Assembly (NCBI GenBank): GCA_038087875.1
Contig: CM075993.1
Location: 6,884,001 to 6,948,000 of the forward strand
DNA: 64,000 nt
Source: Malacoraja senta
Lineage: Eukaryota
Direction of reading: 5' to 3'
Shown here: piece after piece, positions 37,618 through 50,864 of the stretch
How positions within the stretch are numbered: the stretch's first letter is position 1
Layout: each line of letters begins with the position of its first letter
Notes under the pieces: generated by a model
Database searches by the model: none
The model's input: only the letters and a program-made list of their open reading frames with translations
What the model was told of the DNA's origin: nothing
Position numbers and translations under genes: made by a program

Positions 37618-37842
37618 CTTGATGTAAAATCGAAAATAGAACAGCGTAGCTATTTAACGTACAATTAGCCTTGTTATAAGTCAGACTTGTAACTGACATT
37701 TCAGGCTGCTTCCTGCCACGTTTCATCAGTAAACTTTGTAAATTACCTTAATTACCCTTAATCGATCAGAAGCATGACTGCTTTATTAATGGCAGTCGTT
37801 TTCTTCTTGCCTCATCTAATACCACCGTGTACCACTGTCTAA

Positions 37843-38171
37843 AGGCCTTGTCCCACTTTCCCGTGTTACTCACGAACTCTCCCGAGTTCTCCCCTTGATT
37901 CGAACTCGGGGAATGTTGGGGAATGTCGGTAGCGAGCTCGTAGGAGGCCGTGGGAGTCCGTAGATGTTCCGTAGCGGCTCGTAATGCCAGCCGTAGGAAC
38001 CCGGGGCATCAGGTAAGTCGGGACGTTTTTTCAACATGTTGAAAAATGTCTACGAGTTAAAAAAATAGCTCCGAATACCTACGGACGGCTATTACCGTAA
38101 TTCTCCGAGTTCGAATCAAGGGGAAAACTCTGGAGAGTTCGTGAGTAACTCGGGAAAGTGGGACAGGGCCT
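37843..38171. mobile_element. MITE with long imperfect TIRs (CCTGTCCCA group)
   Basis: AGGCCTTGTCCCACTTTCCC...GGGAAAGTGGGACAGGGCCT, about 65-bp inverted arms; flanks TAA and TTA. Confidence 0.88.
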
Positions 38172-38212
38172 TTAGTGCTCTTGACCTTACTCTGAAAAAA
38201 ACGTCAACTCAC

Positions 38213-38599
38213 CTAATCTGGTTCACTTTGTCTTTTGCTGCATTTGATGCTGTATAGGTGATCATGTTCCGTTCTCTCAGATGTCAGAGATCAAATATTT
38301 CAATAGCTCTTGAATTCCAATGCTCCTGTTTTTTTGCGGAACAATCTTAGTTTCAGTCCTACATCCCCCTTCCCTTCTCCAGTATGGTTGCTACTTGCTG
38401 CACTCACATAGAACTTGAAAGTGTGGTTGTAATTTCCACCTTGCTTTCATCTCCTGTTTCCCCCCTTCCCTTTCTGGTGCTCTGCCTCCATCTCATGGGA
38501 TAGATCAGCAACGAACATCCATTACAAGGCCAGAGATTGTCACACCCACCTTGACTCAGTGTGAACGCTTCTTGTGGAAGAGCAACGAGGTGCAGGGTA
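38213..38599 (-). pseudogene. Remnant exon 13 (387 nt; may be two exons)
   Basis: actatcag / gtgagt, phase 2-2, STLHLVALPQEAFTLSQGGCDNLWPCNGCSLLIYP...AIEIFDL*HLRERNMITYTASNAAKDKVNQIR. Five stops, four clustered just after an internal GTGAGT donor at 38407. Confidence 0.55.
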
Positions 38600-39708
38600 C
38601 TGATAGTATCAAGTTCCAATATTGCAAAACAAACGGCACAAAATCAGGCAAAAGTTCAAAAGGGCAATCGATCTAAATAGGTAGCGAAAGAAAGTGTAAC
38701 AATCTAAATAGGCAAAATCACAAAATAGAAGAAAGCAGAAAGATGTATGATAATGTAACTCTTTATGGGACTTGATCAGCGCTGGAATGTCTAGTATTTA
38801 TTGCCTATCCTTGAGATAGTATTGATGAGCTATTTCTTGGACCATGACAATATTCTGCTTAAGGTATACCTAAAATCCTGTTGGGTGTGGGACTACAGGA
38901 TTTATCCACTGTAAGAATACAGGAATAGTAATGTTTTTTCTGGTCAGGATGATGTGCAACTTGGAGAAGGATCTACATTCAACGGTTTTCCCATATTCCT
39001 GTGGTCTTGCCCGCAGTTGTAGGGGTTACTGAGTTGAGAGATTGGGATGAAGTAGGCTTGGCAGTGTGGATTGTAGGTGGTATATACCACAGCCATAATG
39101 TGCAAGTGGTGGAAGGGGTGTTGATCGAGCAGGATCCTTCATCCCAGATGGTGATTAGCTTCATAACTGCTGCAGGAGCTGCAAATGGAGAGTATTCTAC
39201 CATGCTGACTGACCTCTGCCTGTTGGATAGCAGAGAGGTATCAGGTGGATTCAGTTGTGTTTCTGCCAAAAATTATCTCTATGGTGGGATACTTGGGAAT
39301 GACAAGTCCATTGAATGTTAAGAGTGGATGGTTAGTCTCCCGTTTGAGCAAATCTTAGCATGACATTGTGGCAAGAATGCGACTTGCCTCATCTCAACCA
39401 ATGCCCAGTATTATCCACGTCCTGCTGCATGCTGGCATGAAATGCTTCATTTTCTGAGGTGTTGCAAATAAAGTGAGCACTGTGCAATCACGAGTAAGCA
39501 TTCCCATCTCGGACTTAATGATTGGATAAATGTCATTGATCTTGCATCTATAGATGATTGAGCTCAAGGAACATTCCCGAAATATCCCAAAGCTAGAACG
39601 ATTAATAAAAGAAATACAAGTAGGAAAAGGCTAATTAACCCTTGTACTTGTTCCACCATTCAAAACAAGATGTGGTTACCTTAACATGATTTCTTTCGTG
39701 ATTCCTCT

Positions 39709-40447
39709 CGATTAGGAAAAGGGGAGATGCAATGAGACCTGGGTGTCATGGTACACCAGTCATTGAAAGTAGGCATGCAGGTGTAGCAGGCAGTGAAGAA
39801 AGCGAATGGTATGTTAGCATTCATAGCAAAAGGATTTGAGTATAGGAGCAGGGAGGTTCTACTGCAGTTGTACAGGGTCTTGGTGAGACCACACCTGGAG
39901 TATTGCGTACAGTTTTGGTCTCCAAATCTGAGGAAAGACATTCTTGCCATAGAGGGAGAACAGAGAAGGTTCACCAGACTGATTCCTGGGATGGCAGGAC
40001 TTTCATATGAGGAAAGACTGGATAGACTCGGCTTGTACTCGCTAGAATTTAGAAGATTGAGGGGGGATCTTATAGAAACTTACAAAATTCTTAAGGGGTT
40101 GGACAGGCTAGATGCAGGAAGATTGTTCCCGATGTTAGGGAAGTCCAGAACAAGGGATCACAGTTTAAGGATAAGGGGGAAGTCTTTTTGGACCGAGATG
40201 AGAAAAAAAAATTCACACAGAGAGTGGTGAGTCTGTGGAATTCTCTGCCACGGAGAGTAGTTGAGGCCAGTTCATTGGCTATATTTAAGAGGGAGTTAGA
40301 TGTGGCCCTTGTAGCTAAGGGGATCAGGGGGTATGGAGAGAAGGCAGGTACAGGATACTGAGTTGGATGATAAGCCATGATCATATTGAATGGCGGTGCA
40401 GGCTCGAAGGGCCGAATGCACCATTTTCTATGTTTCTGTGTTTCTAT
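39709..40447 (+). mobile_element. Young CR1-clade LINE, 5'-truncated
   Basis: Near-identical to 10762-11529. Confidence 0.92.
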
Positions 40448-41324
40448 ACAGAAGTCTATCTAACTCTGTGTTGAATGCAACCAATAACTGATACCCCACA
40501 ACCTTCCGGAGTACAGAATCCCAAACACTCACCACCCTCTCAATGAAGACACTTTGCCGCATTTCAGTCCTAAATAGCCTTTCTCCCATAATCTGTGTTG
40601 CAGATTCCTTAGCTGGCAAGACATGCTCCCAACATCTAACCTGTCAAGTACCTTTCAATGAGGTTGCCTCTCAGTCGTCTAAACTCTGGAGAGTAGAGGC
40701 CTGGCCCACACAATCTCTCCATACAGCCGGGGGGAACCAATCTAATGAATCTCCATTTCAGTCCTCAATTACAAGTATGACCTCTTTGCAGGCAAGAAAC
40801 CAAAATTGTAAATAGGACTCCAACTGTGGCCTCACTATAATGAATTGTAAAAAAACATCTTGCTTTCATTAATAAATTCCATTTTCTTTAGTAATTGCCA
40901 ACTGCACCCGCATATTAGAATCAAGTGACTTGTGGATAAGGATAGTTCCAAATCTCTCACCATTTTTTAAACCTACTTGGCATTTCAATATTTTCCACCA
41001 AAACGGATAACCTCACATTTTCCGCTCAGCTTCTCTATATCCCCTTGAAGCCTCTTTGCATTCACAGACCCACTTGGAAATTCCATCTGCTTCCTTCAGA
41101 CAAATTCTTAATATGGATTATGGATAGTTGGGCACTGATCCCTGTGGAGCCCCACCAGTCATGGTCTACCAAGCTGAGATGGACTCTTTGTTTTTATCTG
41201 TAAACAACTCCCAATCCACAACAGTATATTATTCCCGAATCCATACGCTATAACCTGAGCCAATTTGGGATTCAACTCACCACTTACCCTTTGAGCTCAT
41301 GAGCAGCAAATTTTTGGTTAGGTT

Positions 41325-41826
41325 AATAGACAATAAACAAAAGATGCAGGAGTAGGCCATTCGGCCCTTCGAGCCAGCAGCACCATTCACTGTGATCATG
41401 GTGGATCATCCACAATCAGTATCCCGTTCCTGCATTCTCCCCATATCTCTTGACTCCATTATCTTTAAGAGCTCTATCTAACTCTCTCTTGAAAGCATCC
41501 AGTGAATCGGCCTCCACTGCCTTCTAAGGCTGAGATTTCCATAGATTCACAACTCTCTGTGTGAAAAAGTGTTTCCTCGTCTCCGTTCTAAATGGCCTAC
41601 CCCTTATTCTTAAACTGTGGCCCCTGGTTCTGGACTCCCCCAACATCGGGAACATGTTTCCTGCCTCTAGCGGGTCCAATACCTTAGTAATCTTATATGC
41701 TTCGATAAGATCCCCTCTCATCCTAAATTTCAGTGTATACAAGCCCAGTCGCTCCATTCTTTCAACATATGACAGTCCCACCATCCTGGGAATTAACCTC
41801 GTGAACCTACGCTGCACTCCCTCAAT
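41325..41826 (-). mobile_element. CR1-clade LINE 3' end
   Basis: IEGVQRRFTRLIP...FFTQRVVNLW. Confidence 0.88.
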
Positions 41827-42529
41827 CAAAGATACCTTTGCCCTCAATAGCAAGGTCTGCCACATGAAACTTTGTTAAACACCTTGCTAAATACATAAAG
41901 ACTCCATAAAAATGTGCCACCATCATCAAACCACCTCCCTAATTATTAGTCCTGCATAGTTATCGCTTAACAAATCCAAGCTGAGAGGCCAGGATTAAAT
42001 TGGACTTAATGTTCCTTTTCATTTTTTCGCACGACCAATGTCAAGTTGGCTTGCTAATGAATATTCAATTGATACTTTTTCTCCTTTTTAAACAAAGGTG
42101 GCACACCGGGAGCCTTCCAATCCTTTAACATCTTACATCAGAACAGGGGAGAGGATTGGAACATGTTGGTTATTTTACTTTTACTCATAAGAATTCGGAA
42201 ACACAGGAAATGCCAATCTCAAATTAATGCGATATAAAATATCTTTACAAAATTAAGGAGTTGATGCTGAAGAGTAAAACACATTCTACATTTCCCAAAC
42301 ACTTGCTGAACAATATATTCAAAAGTGGAAGCTCCTTTCCTTCCTCAACATTGTCTTAGTTTAAATGTTAAAAAGCATTTTTATAAAAGTTAACTATGTG
42401 GAAGGGCATTCTATGTGATAAACTTGATACCACAGAATTAGACCCTCTATCACACTAAACCTTTCCAGCATTCACACTGCATTCTATAATTCATCTCTCT
42501 CTAGCAGCATATCCTTCTATCCTTCTAGC

Positions 42530-42995
42530 AATCTGATCTCCAGGTTGCTAAACACTTTAACACTGCCTCCCATTCCCACACTGACCTTTCTGTCCTGGGC
42601 CTCCTCCATTGTCAGAGTGAAGCCCAGCGCAAATTGGAGGAACAACACCTCATATTTCGGTGTGATACAGACTTCTCTGCCTTCAAGCAATCCTTGCTCA
42701 CCTCTCTCTCCATCCCTCCCCCCTTCCCAGTCCTCTAACCAGTCAGGCTGTCCTCGATAACATTTATCTCTGTTTGCTTTGTTATTACCTTCTCCTAACC
42801 AACAATGATCTATTTTACATTTTCCTTGATCTCCATTCCCATTGTCTCATTTTCACACCTTACACTTCCTTATCTCTGTATCTCCCTCTCACCTGAGTCA
42901 GTCTGAAGAAGGGTCTCGACCCGAAACATCACCCATTCCTTTTCTCCAGAGATGCTGCCTGTCCCGCTGGGTTACTTCAGCATTTTGTGTCTATC
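42530..42995 (+). mobile_element. Penelope-like element 3' fragment
   Basis: Endonuclease tail, UTR and end motif. Confidence 0.82.
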
Positions 42996-43107
42996 GTCCT
43001 TCTATCTTTTACCTGGCTTCATTGCAAGGGCATCTTCTCTTAGCCCTAACTACTCAGGGAAGTGAGTTCCACGAGAGAATTTGACGATACCAATTGTAAA
43101 GCATTAT

Positions 43108-44002
43108 AAATTCACAGATGACACCACCATTGTGGGCCGGATATCAAATAACGATGAGATGGACTAGAGGGAGATTGAGAACCTCGTGTCCTGGTGTCGA
43201 GATAACAATCGTTCTCTCAATGTCAGCAAGACAAAGGAGATAGTGATCGACTTCAGGAAGCCAAGCGGTACACATACCCCAGTTTGCATTGGCGGTGCCG
43301 AAGTAGAGATGGTTGAAAACTTCAAATTCTTAGGAGTAAATATCACCAAACAACTTCTCCTGGACCACCCATATTGAAGCAACAACCAAGAAAGCACACC
43401 AACGCCTCTACTTCCTCAGAAGGCTTAGGAAATTCAACATGTCCCCAACAACTCTCACCAACTTCTACAGATTCGCTGTAGAAAGCATTTTATCCGATGC
43501 ATCACAGCTTGGTTTGGGAACAGCTCCATCCAAGACCGCAAGAAATTGCAGTGAATTGTGGACGCAGCTCAGGCCATCGCACGAACCAACCTCCCTTCCT
43601 TGGACTCCATTTATACTTCACGCTGCCTCAGCAAGGCCAGCAGCATAATCATGGACGAGTCGCACCCTGGCCACTCCCTCTTCTCTCCTCTCCCATCAGG
43701 CAAGAGGTACAGAAGTGTGAAAACGCACACCTCCAGATTCAGGGACAGTTTCTTCCCAGCTGTTATCAGGCAACGGAACCAGAGATCAGTCCTGAACTAC
43801 TATCTACCTCATTGGTGACCCTCGGACTATCTTACATCGGACTTTACTGGCTTAATCTTCCACTAAATATTATTCCCTTACCATGTATCTGTACACTGTG
43901 AATGGCTCGATTGTAACGGCTTTCCGCTGACTGGTTAACACGCGACAAAACCTTTTCACTGTACCTCGCTACACGTGACGATAAACTAAACTGAACCAAA
44001 CT
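43108..44002 (+). mobile_element. Rex1/Babar-clade LINE 3' portion
   Basis: Homologous to 36378-37335. Confidence 0.9.
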
Positions 44003-45054
44003 AAAGAAAAAAATAAGAAGTAATGTTAGAGTTAAGTTCAAGATGAATGTGCAAATCTTCCTTTCTGACCTAGTTTTCATTTCCAGCATCCTCTGCTATT
44101 TGTAGGAAGGAACTGCAGATGCTGGTAAAACCGAAGATAGACACAAAATGCTGGAGTAACTCAGCGAGACAAGCTGAAGAAGGGTCTCGACCGGAAATGT
44201 CACCCATTCCTTCTGTCCAGAGATGCTGCCTGTCCCGCTGAGTTACTCCGGCATTTGTGTCTATCCTTTGCTATTTATTTTATTGCTTCGGTTTTGACAC
44301 TGAGGGTCCTAATACTTTGGATACTGGGAAACATTGGTATCTAAATGGCCCTGACAGGTGATTATAGAATGTAGTTAGCACATATATCTTTTGTTTGTCA
44401 CCGGCTTATTTGTCTTTTAATAGGATCACTGCATCAAATGGAGTCAGAGACAGAATCTTATTGAGTTTGTAGTGTGAGGGTGACCTCCAGGGTTCAATTC
44501 TCAAGCAATTACTTATCTAATCAGTTTCAGCGAACGGATAGTAATAGGTAGAATTAGTCTGGGCAGGAAGGAGAGGGGAGGGGAAAAGGAAGAGACAGCA
44601 AGGTTAAGGGCAAAGTAAGTACTTCATGCTGATCTGCCAACGTGAATCAATGCAACCTTCCGTTAAAGAATGTCTTCTAAATGTCATTCATAATCACGGA
44701 CCTTTATCACTCGGTAACACGGTTAAAAATGCACACATCCCTTCAGGGACGCGGCTACCACAAGTCAACAACTAATGCAATAACGTCAAGCAACCACCTC
44801 AAGTAAAGAAGATGAGAAAGGAGGAAATGCTAAAAATAATGCCAATGTCAATAATGTCGGGGAAAAAAATAATTTCCTTGGAACCAACAACTGACAAATA
44901 TTTAATAATCAATGCTGGTGCACTCTTGGTGTTTTTCTTGTCAATACCTGAACATAGTTGTCTAAAGGGTAAATTCAGTGACCTTTACACCCAGCCCGAT
45001 AAATCAATGCTTGCTGCAAACCATATCACAACAATGTCATGAGCCGGCACGTGA

Positions 45055-45216
45055 TATCCTGATAAAAGCTTCAAGATGTTTTTGGAAGAGGTGGAGACAA
45101 AAAGGAAATCCCTCTATTGCCTGAAGGGCAAGAAGCCGTTGAGAAGGGCAATGAAGCAACAGTGGAAGAATGTGTTGAAAGAATACCAGGAACTAGGCAC
45201 CCAGAACATCAAGTAA
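45055..45216 (+). mobile_element. Myb/SANT-like ORF relic, probably PIF/Harbinger-derived
   Basis: YPDKSFKMFLEEVETKRKSLYCLKGKKPLRRAMKQQWKNV resembles the FSDxxLxxLxEEVxxRRxxL...W pattern of Harbinger Myb/SANT proteins. Confidence 0.45.
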
Positions 45217-45614
45217 AAAAGCCTCAGAACATACAGTATGTTATCATTCAGAAGATAGACACAAAATGCTGGAGTAACTCAGCGGGACAGACAGCATCTC
45301 TGGAAAGAAGGGATGGGTGACGTTTCAGGTTGAGACCCTTCTTTAGGCCCAAAACGTCACCCATTCCTTCTCTCCAGGGATGCTGCCTGTCCCGCTGAGT
45401 TACTCCAGCTTTTTGCATCCATCTCCGGTTTAAACCAGCATCTGCAGTTCCTTCCTACACATATGTAATCATTCACATCCACAGTCAACATTGCCAAAAA
45501 CCTTACCCACACACAACAGTGCTCTATTCTATACAGCTCCATCACTCATCCAACAACAATATTATTCAGTCAAACCTGTCAAAGCATTAATTTGCTGCAC
45601 CACACCTACACATA

Positions 45615-46356
45615 GTCATAATCATACTTTATTAGCCAAGTATGTTTTGCAACATACGAGGAATTTGATTTGCCATACAGTCGTACTAACAAAAAGCAAC
45701 AGAACAACACAAAATACATTTTAACATAAACATCCACCACAGTGACTCCCCCACATTCCTCACTGTGATGGAAGGTGAAAAAAAGTTCAATTTCTCTCGT
45801 TCTTTGTCCTCCAGCGGTCAGGGGCCTCTAACCTTCCGTTGATGGGACGATCTTACTCCCGTAGCCGGCGGTGGGCCTCCTCGTCGTGGTGATCAAGCTC
45901 CTGCATCGGGGGGGGATCTCAGCTCCCCCGCGCTGGGCGATCTGGCCCCAGGTCGGGGCTGGTCGAACATCGTGCGGTTTTGGAGCTTCCCGACTCCGTC
46001 TCTCCCGAGACTGCGAGCTCCTTGATCTTAAAGTCCGCAGGCCGCGGTTGGAGCGTCGATTCCAGGCAAGGAATCGGCTCCGATGGTAAGTCCATGCTCT
46101 GCAGTGGGGCTCCAAGTCAGTCGTGAGCAAGGCCTCCAGCTCCACAATGTTAGGCCGCAGAGCGACCGGAGTTACAACCCGGAAAACAATTGCATCTCTG
46201 GCAAGGTAAGAGATTGAAAATATGTTTCCCCCGCCCCCCCCCCCCCCCCCCCACATAAAACAAGCCGGAGAACATTAACACAAACTTTTTTAACACACTA
46301 AAAATAAAAAATAAAAGACGAAAAGGACAGACAGACTGTCGGCGAGGCTGTCATCG
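45615..46356 (-). mobile_element. GC-rich non-autonomous retroelement
   Basis: Same architecture as 13391-14228: head with CAGTC(T/C)GTCTGTC and T-runs, G-run, GC-rich body, shared 3' motif. Confidence 0.7.
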
Positions 46357-46540
46357 AAGCGGAAGTACTTACTGTACAAAACCCTTATCTACATTCTCAT
46401 AGTTGCAACCTGTTTGGGTATCTTTGTGTCACCAGCCAATTTATCAATCATCTCTCGGTACCTTCACCCAAGATTTTTATATATCAGAAGAGACTATGGA
46501 ATGCAAGGAGGTGGATTAGGTATCATCATTACCTACCTAC

Positions 46541-46714
46541 CTTCTCAATAATCTTTGCACTGCTGTTGACCATTGAGTCTCTGACAACTGCTTCAGTAAT
46601 AGGCAGCATCCTTTCTCTCTAGTGATTGAACTGATGGGCACTGGCTTGCCTGGCCATTCTGTGGCTACTGGTGATTGTGTACCATCTGGTCTTGCAGGAG
46701 GCTCCTTTGATGCC
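46541..46714 (-). pseudogene. Remnant exon 12
   Basis: ttttggtttag / gtaggt, phase 2-2, open 57 codons ASKEPPARPDG...KQLSETQWSTAVQRLLR. Confidence 0.65.
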
Positions 46715-46934
46715 CTAAACCAAAACCAGATCTGAATCATAAAGCATAATTATTTTCAAACCAACGCCATCTAAGACGAGCACATATAGTCATGTCTGTT
46801 ACATTCAGGTTGGGTAACCAGGCTCTAAATAAAATACTGAACGTGGGTGGTTCTTCATAATTGTTAGCCAGATGTAGTCAAATCTGACTTGAATCCCAGT
46901 ACTTACAATTTTTTGATATCGAACACAAATTCAA

Positions 46935-47061
46935 TAGATATAGTCAAGTCCTGTTAGATTTGGGTCAGGCAGCTGGGCTCTAAGTACTGTACACATCAAT
47001 GCCGTTAATTACGTCAAGCCCGGCTGCATAACCCAAATCTAACAGGACTTAACTATATCTA
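46935..47061. repeat. 127-bp hairpin / small MITE
   Basis: About 45-bp inverted arms TAGATATAGTCAAGTCCTGTTAGATTTGGGT... and ...ACCCAAATCTAACAGGACTTAACTATATCTA. Confidence 0.8.
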
Positions 47062-47119
47062 CTGAGTGCTGACTTGGTCTAATCTAAAACGCGTGCAGGA
47101 ACCCAACACATATCCAATA

Positions 47120-47812
47120 GGTGTAGGAAGGAACTGCAGATACTGGTTTAAACCAAAGATAGACACATAATGCTGGAGTAACTCAGCGGGACAGGCAGCA
47201 TCTCTGGAGAGAAGGAATGGGTGAGGTTTCGGGTCGAGACCCTTCTTCAGTCTGAAGTCAGGGGAGAGGGAGTTGAGGAAATGTAAGATGTGAAAACAGG
47301 ACAAGGGGGATGGAGTTCAAGGAAGATGTAGAATAGATCGTTGTTAGCTGGGAGAAGGTAACAACAAAGCAAACGGAGATAAAATGTCGTCGGAAACAGT
47401 CAGACTGGTCAGAGAACTGGGAAGGGGGAAGGATGGAGATAGAAGGAAAGCAAGGGTTACTTGAAGTTAGAGAAGTCAATGTTAATACCACTGGGGTGTA
47501 AGCTGCCCAAACTAAATATGAGGTGCTGTTCCTCCAATTTGCGCTGGGCCTCACTCTGACAATGGAGGAGGCCCAGGACAGAAAGGTCAGAGTTGGAATG
47601 GGAGGGGGAGTTAAAGTGTTTAGCAACCGGGAGATCAGGTAGGTTTAGGCGGACTGAGCGGAGGTGTTCAGCGAAACGGTCTCGCCGATATATTGGAATC
47701 TACACCTGGAACAGCAGATACAGTAGATGAGGTTGGAGGAGCTGTAAGTGAATCTCTGCCTCACCTGAAAAGACTGAGAGGGTCTTTGGACGGAGTTGAG
47801 GGGGGGAGGTGT
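47120..47812 (-). mobile_element. Penelope-like element with GIY-YIG motif
   Basis: SFQVRQRFTYSSSNLIYCICCSRCRFQYIGET at about 47680-47775, then endonuclease tail, UTR and end motif. Confidence 0.88.
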
Positions 47813-48035
47813 AGGGCTCTACAGGATATCCAATAGGGCCTGGTGATGAAACGCAATCATATACGATACGCACTTCCAGTTATTCAACGAAAGCAGAGCG
47901 ATGTCATGAGCGGGCACCATTATTTCTGATGAAACTACAGTAGCTGTAACATTACATTGTGAATTCTAATTATTTTACTCATTACACTGCCTGTTGTACT
48001 TGTATATGGCTTGATAATACTCATGTATAGTATGA

Positions 48036-48553
48036 ATTATAACATTGTGAAGCCACGGTGTGCGGAGCTTCTAACTGCGGGCGTTAATCGAGGGCGCTTT
48101 CCATCGCGGAGCCTGGGATCCCTTGCCCGTGATCAGCAGAGGAAGTGCTCCGACCACCGGCCTGCGGCCTATAACATCGTGAAGCCGCGGTCTCCGGTTA
48201 GAAAGTGGACGATTCGGGAACTCCAAGCCGCAGAGTGAGTGTTCCGATCCGTCCCGACGTCAGAGTTTCGATCATCCCCACGAGAGGGCTTGTACATCGG
48301 GCCATCCGTAGCAGCGACTACAGAGGGTTCATGGCCCCAACCACGGGTGAACAAAAGAGGAAGATTAACTGAACGTTATTGCCTTCCATCACGGTGAAGA
48401 ATGTTGATTCCACTGTGGTGGATGTTTACGTTAAAGTCTATTGTGTATTGTGTTCTTTTTGATTGTATGTCTGCATGGTAACTCAAATTTCACTGTACCT
48501 TAATTGGTGTGTGTGACAATCAATGTGACCTTGAACTTGAAACTTGAACTTGA
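48036..48553 (+). mobile_element. GC-rich non-autonomous retroelement, 5'-truncated
   Basis: Shared 3' motif GCCTTCCATCAC...TGTGACAAT; (CTTGAA)n tail. Confidence 0.65.
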
Positions 48554-49283
48554 ATTAACTCCAAAGTTTGTCACTGTATCTTGGTCCAATGACATTAATA
48601 AATCAATACCAATTTGAGCTATAATACAGTGCTGCAAAAATGAGTAATGGGGAAGTTGAATGGGGAAATTAAAAAATCAGAAAATATCAAAAAAATTACA
48701 AGTGGTTTCATAATTAGAGAATATTGATTTAAGGCAATTGTCAAAAGAACCAGCAGATAGATGATGATGATGAAAAAAGTCATGCAAAAAGTTGTTAGAA
48801 CTGGAATGAACTGCCTGAATGAATATTGATAGCAAATTTAGTGAAAACTTTAACAAAAATTTAAGGTATGAACTTAAAATAAAACAAATATACAGAGCTA
48901 TGTAAAAAGAATAGGGATCAAAAAGCTGTTCAAACTGTCAGCAAATAGCTTGATAAGTCAGCTTTTCTATGCCAAATTATTTTATGTGAGCAATTCCAAA
49001 GCAATTAATCTGTTGGAAAGCTGACAGAATCTGATGCAACAAAGACTTCAGCTAATTGGTTGATGTCAACCAAGAATAAAATTGGACGTGATAATGAATA
49101 TGTGTCCATAGTTTTTAATTCCAACAAATTAAGGCTCAAATCCTCCACTGCAGAATCACAACCTCCTGGAATGAGAGTCATTGCTGAACTGATGGTACCT
49201 TCATCTTAATGGTGCGTCGATGATAGAAATTTATAAACAAGGATATTTTCATTGTGATTAACTGACCCGGTGATTTTACATAC

Positions 49284-49353
49284 AGGCACTGTGGAACAGA
49301 ATGTCAGTGAGTAATCTTCGCATCTGTCTGTGGTAACTTTGGCAAAGGATATC
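49284..49353 (-). pseudogene. Remnant exon 11
   Basis: ccttctcaccag / gtatgt, phase 1-2, GYPLPKLPQTDAKITH*HSVPQCL. Confidence 0.55.
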
Positions 49354-50312
49354 CTGGTGAGAAGGCTCAGAGAAGAATACTCCAGTCATCATGCGCAAAC
49401 AGATAATGACAGACATTATCTAAATGGCTAAGGCTATAAAGGTGCAATCTGCAGGGAATGCACTCTATAAGACAATCTGCACTTGCCCAGATGAGTACAG
49501 CTCCAACAACTGTTGAGAAGATCAACTCAATTCAGTACAAAGCAGCCGACTCGATTAGCACCTGCATCCATCAACTTACACTAAATGTTCATTCCTTTCA
49601 CCATGAATACACAGTGGCGGCAATGTGTACCAGCATATGAATTGTACAGCAGTCACTTGGCCAGATATTCAAGAAGGACAGGAACAAGAGGCACGTTGAA
49701 GAACCACCACGTAAAGGACATACCTTTAGAAAGGAGATGAAGAGGAATTTCTTTACCAGAGAGTGGTGAATCTGTGGAATTCATTGCCATGGACAGCGGT
49801 GGAGGCCAAGCCATTGGGTATTTTTAAAATGGAGATTGACATGTTCTTGATTTAGTAAGGGGGTCAAAGGTTACAGGGAGAAGGCAGAAGAATGGGGTTG
49901 ATTGGGAAAGACAGATCATCCATGATTGAATGGCAGAGTAGATGCGATGGGCTGAATGGTCTAATTCTGCTTCTATGATTTATGAACCCTCCAAATCGCA
50001 CGTTCCTGACCAGGAAATATAACACCGATCCTTCATCATCTGTGCATCTAAATCGTGTAACTGGCCCAACCTAAGAGCACAGTGTGTGTGACTTCACCAG
50101 AGGGAGTGCAGTGGTGTAAGACGTCAAGTCCCTGCCAGCGCAGCAGCAATTAGGGATAGGCATTTAAGGTTGGTCAATAAATGCTAGATATGCCAGAAAT
50201 GCCAACATCCCTACAAATGAACAAATAAAAAAATAACCCAAAATCAATCAAAAAAGATCGGTTAATTTTGGTATGTCTTAAGTTCCTTTAGATTGTTTAC
50301 TGACTGACTCAC

Positions 50313-50499
50313 CAAACCCCATGGAGGCCAGATCTTGTAAAATATTTAATAGCAATTTGGCAACTCGTTTTATATCTCAACCAGTTTTTAGTTCCATAAA
50401 AGTCAGCAGGGAGTGATGTAAAACCAGTTGCCAATTTGTCATCACCTGCTTTACATCACTGTCCAAAGTCAAAATTTACCCGATGGTTTCGGGAAACAG
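50313..50499 (-). pseudogene. Remnant exon 10
   Basis: ttcatttctag / gtgagt, phase 0-1, LFPETIG*ILTLDSDVKQVMTNWQLVLHHSLLTFMELKTG*DIKRVAKLLLNILQDLASMGF. Confidence 0.65.
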
Positions 50500-50644
50500 C
50501 TAGAAATGAATGTGTTTCTTTCTCTTTCAGATTTTGTATTAATTGCCAATTTTATATAGATCACAACATTAAGAGAGTAACTTAATATTGAAATGTTTGA
50601 AATGTTCACATAAATAGATTTTGAGGCATAGGTAATGTTAGATC

Positions 50645-50754
50645 CAGTGGCGGACTGGCCAGGGTGTCAGCTTGCCCGATGGCAAGTAGGCCCCTGATGA
50701 AGTGGGCCCCCTTTGTCTCCTGGCAACCAATATTTTTAGACCCAGTCCGCACTG
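50645..50754. mobile_element. hAT-type MITE, 110 bp
   Basis: TIR CAGTGGCGGACTGG / CCAGTCCGCACTG; perfect 8-bp TSD GTTAGATC at 50637-50644 and 50755-50762. Confidence 0.88.
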
Positions 50755-50864
50755 GTTAGATCAATGTATTCAAAAAAATGAAGATGACGGGAGATTCAGT
50801 TTACTGGAGGAGATGTGGTTCAATAACAAATAAACATCTGCATAAAATTTTAGCCTTTAGAATT

